A stretch of 63,610 nt of DNA, filler included, from Sluysia triapertura (Eukaryota): assembly GCA_046118255.1 (NCBI GenBank). It is 5 parts of 5 records of this genome, joined end to end, with 100 filler letters (N's around TTAATTAATTAA, not from the genome) between each part and the next. Parts side by side here need not be neighbours in the genome. Positions count along the whole stretch, not along the records: positions 40,303 to 51,115 come from JBJNIA010193117.1; positions 51,216 to 63,610 come from JBJNIA010113199.1; 3 more parts are not named here. The stretch is one strand, 5' to 3'. Each line of letters begins with the position of its first letter. Position 1 is the first letter of the stretch. A program made the translations under genes and the position numbers. Below are positions 41,111 to 53,930 of the stretch, one piece after another. The notes below the pieces were generated by a model. That model saw nothing but the letters and a program-made list of their open reading frames with translations, did not search any database and was not told where the DNA came from.

Positions 41111-41612
41111 GAATATCTATTAGATATCATATGTAAACTCTGACGTAAAATCCTTTTAGAATTATATTTCGAATCTTATAACAGATTGAAAGCAAAATCC
41201 AATTTAAAAATTTGACAAGTTAAAAGAATTTTTTTTGACTATAATTGTAATTTTGTACATTTTTAATAATATAAATTATGAATTTAAATTTTTCTTTATT
41301 ATCTAACTTTTATAGTTGCAAAATAAATTAAAATCCACACAATAGTCAAATAATTTTTGGTTAGAATATAATTATTCTGATCCTATTTCACAGGATCCAA
41401 CGTAAAATCATATTTAAAAACTTTTAAATAACTTATAATTATTAAATTAATATAATAGTAGAATCAGTTAGCTTATAGTTAAGGCATCTAACAAGTTTTC
41501 TTAACCTCCATTACTTTTACCTTACCAAATCCAACGACTGGCCCTCGATGGTAAGTCCAGTACGTTGGTGAACTCATATCTTTAAATTAATTTTTATTCT
41601 AACGTTCTCAAA
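41110..41612 (+). mobile_element. LTR related to 46085-46723, in the opposite orientation
   Basis: 41528-41578 is a diverged reverse complement of 46120-46172 (CACCAACGTACTGG..TTACCA..GGCCA..GTTGGATTT). It ends TTCTCA(A)A. Confidence 0.6.
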
Positions 41613-42228
41613 TATATAAAAGTTTATTTCTCTACAGTTTCTGTTTTATCTTTATTTCTTTTCATAAATGAATGCATAACAAATGACATAATAGTTTGAA
41701 ATTCGTTTCATTTTTATCAAAAATGTATGTTCTAAAAATTAGTTCATGGCAGCAAACCTGATAATTTGACTTTAGATGTACCAGATATATGCTAATATTA
41801 TCAAACGAAAGATAGTTCAAATTATCAATTAAATTCTATTATTTAGAGATGCCATTATGATTACGATAATGTTGATTTTTATTCTTGTCTATAACTTCTG
41901 CTTTTGCTAACTGTGTGCAAAATAAGTGGCATTGTGTAATTTTCTTACTTCATTTATTATACAATGAGATTGCTCAAATTATCATAATGGTGAAAGTCCT
42001 GCTGCAACTTTACCTAAATTGAAATCAACAAACAATCTTCATAAAACTTCTTTTTCTAAACAATTGGTCCTTTATCAAAATGGAGAAATATTTTGGACAT
42101 TTGTAATCTAAAATTAAATACTCATTATCTATATCTTATTTTGATAAATGTAAAAAAATAAAAATTAAAAATTAATTTAGTAAAAATTAAATTGCGTAAA
42201 ATTAATTTTTATATAATTTCTTATTTAG

Positions 42229-42441
42229 ATCTTAAAATCTGTTGATAATTTCGCAGATAAAGGTCGTTCGAATGATGTTCTTTATCTTTATGGACATGGA
42301 GACGGAGGACAAGGACCTACAGAAGAAATGGTTCAAAATTTGAAGACTATATCTTGTTTCAATAGATTACCGAATAACTCAGATGATATTTGGAATGATT
42401 TTTCTGAAGTTCAACAAATGAATCCGATTTTACCTAACAAA
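42229..42441 (+). CDS. MAN2C1: Internal exon of cytosolic alpha-mannosidase (GH38, MAN2C1-like)
   Basis: ILKSVDNFADKGRSNDVLYLYGHGDGGQGPTEEMVQNLK resembles [41 protein letters not shown]/GT flanks. Confidence 0.85.
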
Positions 42442-43148
42442 GTATTTCATTGTTTATTTATTCATTTAATGTTGTTATTATATTTTGATTCTTATAAATT
42501 AATACATCCTGTATTTTATTGTGTGTTTATAATGTTTTTATTGTTAGTTAATTCGGGCCTTAAGCCCTTTTTGATGAATTTTAAAATTAAATTAATTAAT
42601 TGTTTTAGTTTGATAATTTTTAAAGTTTTAAACCAAAAAAAATATAAAATTGTAAAAAGTTTAAAGATAATAAAGATTTTAAAGACGCCCTCAACACTTT
42701 ACGGTACATTTAAAGTATTCTTTTCTTTTTCTTTAATAATATTTTTCCATCCACCTTGTTTTTCAATCAGGGTACTTAATCTCTTTTCGACAAAATTTAT
42801 GACTATCTATCTTTTCTTGGGTTAAGAGTGTAGCTTTATTACTTTGAAATATTACATAAGCCATTATTATTTTAAGTCTTTCCTTATTGATTCCTGCATT
42901 AATTTGTTTATTTATTATGGTCTTATATCTGTATTTTTATAATTTTTTTCATCAATTTGATTATTTTAGATAATGCATTATTATATTCTTTTAATTCGGG
43001 TAATAATATCTTATATTTATTAGATAATAATGCGCAAATTTTATTCTTAGTATTTAATTTTTCTTCTAAGTTTTCATAAGTAATCTTTGTTAAGTCAATG
43101 GGTTTTCTATGTATTAGGGTTGGGTTTATTGTTTCATCATCATTTTCT

Positions 43149-46100
43149 TTATTTTTTGGGTCTACCTGGTCTTCTTTTAAAAGTATTTGTTTCTTTGACT
43201 TCAGTTTCCATATGTGGGTTTTTGTTTAAATCTACTACATAATCAGGTTTGCCTTCAGTGTAATCATCATTATCATTTGTAATATCAATAACTTTATTTT
43301 CATTATAATTATCTTCCATTAATTCCCTTAATAATGAACGTGGGGATCTACCTAAATCAACATTATTATCATCATTTATTATTTCATCTAATTTTCTTAA
43401 ATCATCTGAAAGTTTCATATATGCCATTATAACTGCGGAAGTCATTAATGGTTCCTCATGGTTTTCATTCATTGATGGATAACTGTAATCATTTATATAA
43501 TCATTAGATGATAATTTTCTATCATAAAAATATAAATCAACATCAGTTATAGTGGACTCATTTGACTTAAGTAATTCTATAATATCTCTCGCAATTGAAA
43601 TTACTGGGAGTTCCATGATAATATTCAGGGCATTATTAATAGTTATATTTATATTCATTAATTCTTTAGGATTATTTTTTCTTTCTTTTTGTCCTAGTTT
43701 CCTTAATAACTTTCTTGTTTTAGTCTTATATAAACTACCTTCCTTACTTAGAATAGCTAATACTAATTTAATATCATATCCATTTTGTAGACTTAATTCT
43801 GAATTCAATAAGTCATTTTCTTTAATTCTTATTTCTGGGGTATCTATGTTTTCATTAGCTGATATTATTATTACTGATTCCATTTCTTCTGTTTCCATTC
43901 TTTCTGTGGCACTGTAATATGCGTCTTCTTCATCTGCTTTTAATTCTTCATCATCAGTTTCTTTATTATTAATAATATTTTCTATATCTGTTTCTACTTC
44001 TTGGTTATCACATGATTTTATATTTGATTCTTCTTCTATTTAGTCGTTACTTTCTTTCGATTCGGAATCTATTTCTTTGTTAATTATCTTATTTGATTCA
44101 AATTTCTTTGTCTTTCCTTCCCATTTATCAATTATATCTTGAATTCTTTTTCTTTGATCTTCATTAGAAATCACTTCTTTAATCTCTTCTATTTGTTCAA
44201 TACTTTCTTCCAAAGGTTGATTTAATAATTCTCGAATTATAACTTGAATTGGTTTAATTGTTAATCTATTTTCTTCTTTTCTCGTTGTTCTCTTCTATGT
44301 TTATCTTTTGAAATTCCAAATATCTGTCATGCATATAGCTCATAAAGATTTCTTCTTCTTGTTTATTTTTAAATCTATTTTTATCACAATCTAATCCGGT
44401 GATATAGAATTCTCGTAACATTGCATTCATTTCTTCATCGATAATTAACTTAAGACATTTATCATCTTCTTCATCGCTACTCATTTCTCTTCTTCTAGGT
44501 AGTCTTCTAGTTTTATTTCTTTCTTCTCGATATTCGTCTTCCTCTTCGTATTCATTTCTGTTATTTCATAATCTTTTTGACTTATATAATTACATTTTAC
44601 CTGTCCCTTATTATTCTTATTGTTATCATTATCATTAAACCTTACTTTCCTATTAAGGCTTTGGTATCTTTGTTGATATTGTCCCCTTACCTTAGTAAAA
44701 TCTTGAGTAAATACATTTTGTCTTAATTTCTTACATCTCTTGTGTAATGTCCTTTTTGTACAGTTGTCACAGATTATTTCTCCATCTGTATTAGTTCGAG
44801 TCTTATCATTATTTTCGTATCTTATTGGACTCTTACTCCTATTCCTATTGAAATTAGAACTAGGTGGTCATCTTGGTGCTGGTCTTTGTTCATTATTAGA
44901 AGCACCATAATTACTTGTTCTATTACTTTGGAATCCTCTATCTCTATTATTATTTCCTCTATAATAATTATTTGAGTTAACCCTGTAATTGCTTCAATTG
45001 CTTTTGTAATTATCAGAGTTACTTCTATAATTATTTGAATTACCTCTATAATTATTTCTATAATTATTTGAATTGTCATTACCTCTACGTGGGCTATTGT
45101 AGTTATTGTCACTAAATTCTTCATAATTCTGGGAGTTAAATTTATTATTATCATAATTATTCATATTTCTTCTTAATTTCGGACTTTTATCGCCTTTTTC
45201 TTCATATCACTTATATAATCAATATTATTCTTATTCTTTTTATACTAATAGGAATGTTCTACACTTCTTAGTTTCTCAACTACTTCTTTAAAGGGTTTTC
45301 CTTCTATTAAGTTAACATATGCTATTTATTCTGGTCGTGATCCCGTTTTTAATTTATCTATTAGTGTTATTTCTTTTTTATCTTCAGGGTTTTAGCTTTA
45401 GCAACAAGGCTTTTGAGAATACAAGCATATTCATATACAGATTCATTTGGTTTTTGTATTCTAGTATTTACATTTTAATACAAAATTTACTCATGTCATC
45501 AAGTGCTACCATTTCAGTAAAGGCGTTAACAAATTCATTCCAAGTTTTCTTATTATTATTACTTATTTCCTTATAGGTCTGGATAGCCACTCCAGTTAAA
45601 TAATTTTGGATCCGTTTTATTTTCTCGGCTTCATTCCAGCCGTTTGCTTCAGCGATGCTTTCGTATTCAAATAGGAAATCGCAGAGGTCTTCCTCTGCTC
45701 CGTCAAATTTTTTCATTTCAGGTAATGCCATTATTGGATGCATTTCTCTGGCCAAATGTGCCATAATTCCTTAAAATTATTAGTTAAAGCCATATAATTC
45801 CTTAATTTTGACCTGTAATCTTCTGAAAGTACATTTTCATTATCTTCTTCTTAAAACTTACTTAATCTATTAATAATCAACTTAGGGAGTCATAATTTTG
45901 CTTAAATTTAACTTATTCTTAATGAAATCGTGATACAATTATTCTTATAACTTCTTAAATGCTTAAATCTTAATTCTCAAATTCTTCTTTCATTCAATAT
46001 TGATCCTTAAATTCTTCTTGAAATCTTTATGCTTATTTATATTATTTCAATACCGGTCCTCACATTGGGCACCAATTTATTCTATGTGAGAATTTAAAGT

Positions 46101-46723
46101 ATAATAAAGTAAAAGTTTTAACGTGAGTCCACCAACGTACTGGGTTTACCAGTTAGGCCACCTGTTGGATTTATAAATAAAAGATAGAAAGGATCGTCTA
46201 GAATATAATTTTGACTAAAGTCTTCTTTGCTTAATTTTATTATTATTACTTTTTCAATTTACTATAGAGGGTCTGGAGGTACGTAAAAGTATTTAGCATT
46301 AATCAAAATAATTTAATAGAAATTTTACATGGATCCTATAAAAGCATCTTTAATAGGTTTTTTACGAAGTTAGAATTAAAATCTAACTAGGGAAATCCTT
46401 TCGTAGTGTGAATTTTATATTTGATACTACTAAATTTTATAATAACAACAATGATTTTATAGAAAATTTTATTAAAAAGTAAAATAAAATAAATTTTACA
46501 AATTAGAATACTAAGAATAAAATAAGTTTTCGAAAGAATTATTCTGTATAATTCCGATGTGAATAAGATTTTATTAAAAGATTTTACGAGGATCTATTAT
46601 AAGATCCAAATAATTATTAAATAATTTAAGAATATTTTACGCATATATCTCTTGAATATCGAAACCTTAATACAAATAAACTAACTTATTATTTTAAAAA
46701 AATTATAGAATGATCTGGCCACA
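43149..46723 (-). mobile_element. gag: Gag-only gypsy-like LTR element: 5' LTR 46723-46085, PBS, gag with CCHC knuckle, acidic extension ending in an AT-hook-like motif
   Basis: LTR reads TGTGGCC...TTCTCACA, followed by PBS TGGTGCCCAATGTGAGG (tRNA-Lys-like). FDGAEEDLCDFLFEYESIAEANGWNEAEK..YLTGVA, CDNC..GH at ~44770 and KRRPGRPKK are present. No protease or RT motifs follow. Confidence 0.8.
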
Positions 46724-47212
46724 GTGATTGCTTTAAAGTATAGTTCATGTTTCGATAATATAATCGTAGATGGGGAGTTCGAATTAAGTTTTAATGATCT
46801 GTACCAAATTTCGGTATCCAAAATTTACGAAGTATCAATTATGTTTTTACAAATTTATTTTAAAAAATTTTAATTTAATAAAACAAAATGTATAAATTTA
46901 AAGTTTAATATATACAAGAATTTAATAAATATTGAACATATTAAAAATAATATTTACAAAAATTTAATAAATATTAAACGTACTATAGTTGTCCAAAACA
47001 ATAATTACCCAAACTTTAGTAATTATCCAAAATAAAATGATTATAAAACGAAAAATAAATCAATAAATCATAATGTTAGACAAAAATATAGTGTTAATTT
47101 GCATGTATTTTTCGACTTTAATCATAATGTTAAACAAAATCAATAAATTAGTGTATTTATTCTTTACACAATTATCAGTTGTACGAGATAAGTTTTTGAA
47201 TGAAAACAGAAC

Positions 47213-49810
47213 TGTGGTGGCTAACCTTTTCATTTAAATTTTAAGTCATTATTTCATCACATTTACTAACATTTTTCATTTTACTTTTTCAAAATCCATC
47301 AAAACAGATAAATTCATAACTTTATAACATCAAAATCATACTTATATCCAAACCATTAATGTACATTTCAAATTTCAGACCAAACATTTTAACTCACAAT
47401 TTTACAACATTCGAATTACAATTTACATCTTAAATTATTAAAGAAAAACGTTAAAATCAAACCAAAGCATTCCAAGTTTACAATTCTTTAACACTCATTC
47501 TTTAACATCTTTGAAAAACATTAAATTTATACTGTAAAATAATTTTTTGTCATTCTTATCACAAAAAGAATTTCATAAATTAAATTTTTCTAAAGAACTT
47601 TAAAAGAATTTTGCCTAGAAATTTTTATTTTTAAAAAGAATTAAGATCATGTGAAAAGACCAAGATTTATGCGTTTTAAATAATTTATTATTATTATTAT
47701 TTTATTTACTGATTTTATTATAATTACCATTATTGCTGAATTCACTTTTTATTATCATTATGATCATTATTATTATTAATATTAATATTATTTATTATCA
47801 TTATTTTAGTTGCTATCATCATTATTTGCTAATTTAATCAATGATTTTACATTATTCAACATGTCATCAACTAGAATTTAATTAATTGACACTCACATTA
47901 GATCATTTAATTGTCAGCACAATTGCTTAGTGTACGTATCATTATTATTAAGTAATTTTGTTACAACTGGTTTGATGGACGTCCAATCAACACTGTTTTA
48001 GCATTTTTGTTATTGGTTACTTTTATTGGACATCCAATCTCTGAAATTAACATGATAATAAAAATTTAGTTGGCTCAGTTAAAAATAGAACACACAAACA
48101 ATTCATAATTAGATTTTCAAAATAAAAAATTATGATTTGGCTCAGTAAAAAATTTAATACAAATTGTGACCTAAAACTATTATCATGAATTATTAATTCC
48201 TACATGTTTCTTATTAAAGTAAGTCAAGAAGTGTTAATTCGTTTAGATGATCAGACTAATGAACTCATTAATTTAGTCAAAAGTAATAGTGATTCTAATA
48301 GCTCATGCGATTTAAATGGCAAAATAGTATCAAGCATTTCATATGATCTTTTAGCTTATGAACATAATGGAATAAAACCTTTAACTTTTCAATTCACTGA
48401 TTCATATCCAAGATATAAAATGTTATCTTATCAGTCTTCTTCTCTATTGAATGTATCCTCCAGACCATATTCTGCTCCAGTTAAATGTGAATTTCCAACT
48501 CAAACTAAACCAAATGCAAATTATTCATTTATTAGTTTTTCAGATTTTTCTTCAGATTTTACATCGTGATCAACAGTCATTAATTACGTCTTGTTCTACT
48601 GATGCCTTTAGTAACATGTCATCAGGTTGTATACTGATTGGAATTCATGATCCACATAGTTTTATTTGGCAAGCAGAATCACTAAACATAGTTGAAAATA
48701 GTGGATTGACATCTATAATTGATATAGTCAACTTCAATAAGTATATTATATGAATTGATGAACTGCCATTAAACATACGTTCGAAATTTCTTAAATCATA
48801 TGGCATCGTATTTTTGTCAAGTTCGTATATAAAATTTTATTCAAGAACAAAGTGTTTGGATATTTGTACAGTCTTTAAATGACGTTACACAAGAAATGAA
48901 TACCAATATAAAATTGCTCATGAAGTATCCTAACGCTATGATTGTGTTATACGTTGTTTTAAAAGAAATTAATAATTTAGAAATTGATTCCGTCTTAGTG
49001 GTTAAATTTTGTGTTACACCTTATTCACCAAATATTCCTCGACTCTATAAAAGGTAAAAGTACTAAAATGTTAGTACAATTCTATAAGATCTTGACACAT
49101 ATAATGTCGACGCAGGTCATAGTAAAATCACAGCAGATTATTCAACAGAACTTAATGTCACAAACAACCTTGATACTTCAATAATCTCACCTCTAATCGA
49201 CGTGATTTCAAACCAATAAAATTATAAACTATCTAGAACAACACGATGTCCATTCCAATCGAATGAATTAGGTCATTGTAGTAAATTCGGACCATCTTGC
49301 GTCTTTTATCCTAATATCAATGAAATTAGTAATGCGTTATTAGTCAAACGTATAAATAATTGAATCATGACTATACAAGTTGTCGACGATATTACCCAAT
49401 TTATTAGCTGTACAGATAACTTTGAGTTTAAAGTAATTTTATTATTTTGTATTCGATCACTGATTAATTTTGATCCTTTTTATTTTAGGAATTCAACATC
49501 CGATAAAAGTACGGTTGTTTAATGTGCAAACATCCCGCCAAGTAACAGAAGCAACTTATTAACATTTGATCTTATTATCATATTAAATTTTAGGATAATA
49601 GAAATAAATTTGTTTTTTTCCTCGACTTTCTTTGTAAAAGAATTTAAATAATTGTACTTTAACTTAATTAAAATTTTAAATTGTCATAAAAAATTTTTTA
49701 ATTGATTTTAAAGAATTTTAATGAAATAATGAATGAACTAGACATAAACAAAACTATTTCATATCAATTAACACCGATCCAGTGTTCAAGACATCAATCA
49801 ACCCCCTATA
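47213..49810 (+). mobile_element. Cargo-family element (copy C, ~2.6 kb) carrying Schlafen/AlbA_2 + CCCH gene
   Basis: Terminus TGTGGTGGCTAACC at 47213. AGAAC at 47208-47212 and 49811-49815; the right end CTATA equals CCACA with two C>T changes. Leader, motif pair 47643-47671 and CCAAT boxes are present. Confidence 0.7.
48204..49520 (+). pseudogene. Disrupted Schlafen/AlbA_2-like domain plus degenerate CCCH finger
   Basis: DAFSNMSSGCILIGIHD (48601-48651) resembles the AlbA_2 motif AFANxxGGxLxIGVxD; DSVLVVKFCVTP follows. RTTRCPFQSNELGHCSKFGPSCVFYP (~49235-49312) is homologous to the CCCH finger of copy D. Confidence 0.65.
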
Positions 49811-51234
49811 AGAACATCAACCCCAATAAAATCAGATAGTATAAAAATTAGAAGAATTAGTTGATTATCTGTACAATAGAGATATTTATGTGTTATATCA
49901 TTATTTCCTTAGTAATTGTCAATGATTTGCTACAAGAATTTACAATTTCTGCTCATGGTAAAAATTAACTATACAATTTTAAATGAGAACATTAAACAGT
50001 TTAGTTTTTTATTAAAAATGATATTTATAGTTTAATTTAGAAATTTGTGATCTAAATTAATTATTTTGATAATTATTAATAAATAAATAATAATAGTTTA
50101 AATTATGAATTATTTCAACAAAGGTTACAGTGGAATACACAGATCGTACAAATCCAACATACTTTTAAAACATATTTTTGAAAGTAAAACTTAAAATTTA
50201 ATATTAAACGTACTCAATTAATTATGTTATCGTAGTGCTGCTTCTTTAATGAGATTAATTTGAAACTTTTAGTAAGTTTAAACTCAAAACTTAAAAATTC
50301 AAAATAACAAATTTAATTTAAAACAATAATTATCAATTAACACAAACAAATGCTAAATATCTCAAATAAATATTATAACTGATCACTAACAAATTAAATG
50401 GTAATAATAATGAATTCTAGTAATACAAAATTGACGAAACATTAATAGATCGATACTCATTGGGTAATAAAAATCAAACAGAAATAATAAAAAGAATGAC
50501 GAGAATAAAACAATAAAATAATATTATTATTACTAACACTAATTATTGCGACTATCAGCAATTGTTATTTGCCTAATGTTTAGAATTAGGGAATTGAAAG
50601 AAAAATATAATAATTTAAAAGCTGAAAATGTGAGAATAAGAGATGTTTCATTGTTTTTAAAGGGAGTGTGTTAGTTAAGAATTTATGTTATGACATAAAT
50701 GTTGAATGAATTTAACATATTTTGATTGATAGCTTACTTTAATATGTAGCAATTGTTTAAGTGGTTAATTTTTGTTTTATGTGGATGAATAATGTGATAT
50801 GTGGACTTTTCTCACAATGTTACAAATATCTATAACGCTGATAATATCTATCTTTGATCATATTCTTTCGAAATATTGATGCATATCCTTCATTCTTGTC
50901 TTGGCCAGCACCTCAAAGGCTACACAGAGAATTCAGAAATATTACTCAATAATTATATATGGTCAGAATTATATTATAGAATTAAATTAACTGTTATAAC
51001 GAAAAGAATTAGATTATGTATATTTAATTATACGATAAAATTATCTCATAAATACTGAACATAACAAAACTAGAATAAGTAGAATAGAATGGAGAAAATG
51101 ATTGGCTACATAAGANNNNNNNNNNNNNNNNNNNNNNNNNNNNNNNNNNNNNNNNNNNNTTAATTAATTAANNNNNNNNNNNNNNNNNNNNNNNNNNNNN
51201 NNNNNNNNNNNNNNNCTACCTGATATAATTATTA

Positions 51235-51764
51235 CTCCCTTTGTTTCAAAATAGGGTATACATTTCTTTTTTAAATTTATTCCAAAATAAGGTATACAAA
51301 ATATTAAATATTGATTTAATAGACTAATTCTTAGTTTAATTAAATACTAGGATTTGTCACAAATTTTAACATTCAAAATTACTTTTATTATCAATTGTTT
51401 ATAGTTTATATTAAAAGCTTCTTCATTGCATAATATGGATACTGGAAATCTGTTTCGACGATGAAGTTTTTCTTTACTAAAATGTGGAATTGCATAATTA
51501 TTCGTCAAATGCTTTGCCTTAGAAACTCATTTTGATAAAATAATTGTTTCGTTATTCATTTCTCTCTCATGTTCAAACATAATGGGTGATATTAAAATTA
51601 CCTTAAATTTAAATATATTTAAACTGCGGATTAATTTTTGGTTATATACGTGAATATCAATACAGCTTATTGACATGAAAAGTAAACCTAAAAAAGCAAC
51701 ATTTTTAGATAAGCATAATTATACACTATTTTAGAAATGTATACCATATTTTGGAACCATATTA
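51235..51764. mobile_element. Tc1/mariner-type MITE with Stowaway-like TIR
   Basis: TA|CTCCCTTTGTTTCAAAATAGGGTATACATTTCT pairs with the inverted AGAAATGTATACCATATTTTGGAAC at 51733-51757. Confidence 0.7.
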
Positions 51765-52946
51765 TACATTTATAATTATTATTTTATATTATTGTTTTAA
51801 ATTAATTACATTAAATTTTATTTATCGGAATAGGTATCAAATTCAAACAGGATTATTTTTATTGTTATCATGTAAAACGTTTGTGATTGAATGATCCCAT
51901 GGTACCAATAGATCAGTATTGCTTAAGAGCCATTAATTGAACTATGACTTTTAAGAGAACACAAATTACAAAAACTATACTTATAATATAAAATAATTTA
52001 AAACTGTAGGTTTATAGTCTTTATTTGATGTTTGATATCTTTATTCAATTGTTTGCCTCGATAACCTAACCTTTTACAGTTCAATGATTTTATTAGTCAT
52101 GTCCAGGTTAATTTTAAAACTAAATAAGTCTATTTGAATAAATACAATAAACACAGTTGCAATGAATATATGTCAAAGAAATATATATTCAAAATCTAGG
52201 GTTAAAATCTATGCTTATCAAATTATGCAATAGTTATATGTTATCGTAAGTACTTTTATGTTGTACTTAGAAGTGCACAATATGTGTTACTTGTTAATTA
52301 TTACTTTGATTTATAATTAGATTTATTTTGTGCTTGTTAATAATTAGTGACTCTTAATTTAGAATTATTCATAAACTTTAGGCAATTCTAAACTTTAAAT
52401 CTTTAACATTATTCTTATATAACTTTATAATCGATAACTCCTAATTATATGAAATGTCATAAGACTTTGATTAATTTCAAATAACTTTAAAACTAAACTA
52501 TTAATGTATTTATTTTATTTTAAATTTTATCATTTGGAAATCAGTGATGTAAAATTTCAAAAATTTGTTTATTAAAAAAAACATAACTTATTAATTGGTT
52601 TATTACTAATGAATACATAAATTATCGAACCTTTGTCTTCGTTATTTAATATTAAATAATATCAAAATTAAAATTTGTTTAGAAATAAAAAGTACTTGAG
52701 AAAAACTATAAAAAAATTAATAAAACTCTAAATTTAATAATGCTCTCTAGTCATTTAATTTATATCAAAAGAATAAATGAAACTATTAAAAATAATTTCC
52801 AATTTAATTTCTGCATGTTTAGATATGTTCAATTTATCTTTCTATCGATTATTAATATCTTACTACTACTAAAATTCCAATAATCAAATTTTAAATAAAT
52901 TTTATGAATCATAATTTAATACAATAAAATAAAATTATTATCATTA

Positions 52947-52993
<47 letters not shown>

Positions 52994-53639
52994 TCAAATC
53001 TTACAAACAATCGAAATTAAGAAAATACTGGAATTGATTTAATTTTCGTAAAATTTGTTATTTCACATAATAATCAATAGGTGCATAATTGTTTTACTAA
53101 TGGATTTTGTAAAATTTACTCTGATAAAATGATAATAAAAAGTGCCTAGAAAAATAACATTTGAAATATGAAATAAGAAATGTGACTAAACATTCTTAAG
53201 ATTTCAAAAAATTTTATTATTTGTTAAAACTTCTTATAAACTCTTATGAATTTCAACTTATTAAATTTATCGATAGTTAATTGTTAATTTTATTATTCGT
53301 TTTGGATTTTATTGTATGTCTTTCTTAAGACAAGCATTTTAAATCGTGCACAAACTTGTTCAAACATTCATCTTTAATTAAATCTAAATCTTAAAACATA
53401 TTAAATTCTTTTATTAAAATTGGATTTAATTTGAAACAAAAAATTTACTAAAATTACATTTTAACATTAGTTTTGATATTATTACTTTGTAACGTTTTAC
53501 TATAAAAATGTTTCTTTTAATAATAATCCTCAAAGGTTACTATTTTTATTTATGTATTTAATAGAAAAAGAAAACATGTTGAAATTGTTATTTTTCAAGA
53601 TAATTACAAGTAATCTATACAAGGAACATCGGAATTTAG

Positions 53640-53930
53640 TATATTATCAAGGAAATTAAAATCTGATTACAATTTTAAGAGATACTGGTCCAATCATAGT
53701 CTTTAGTGCCATCTGTGATAATACAGAAACATACTTGAACTTTAATCTGTAATATCTAATGTTCCGTTCGCATATTCATAGAAAACTATAGTTCTTTATT
53801 GACAATGCAAATATATCTACATGAAGTAAACTTCAATTCCACCCAAAAATGTCAGTTTAAGTGTACTACATCCCAGTTTTTGGGCATCCTTTAAACTGTC
53901 AAGATCATAAGTAGTAATATGTCAAATATG
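53640..53930 (-). mobile_element. Possible hAT (Buster-like) remnant
   Basis: RYI..IKEL and CIITDGT..TMIG across frameshifts. Confidence 0.35.
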
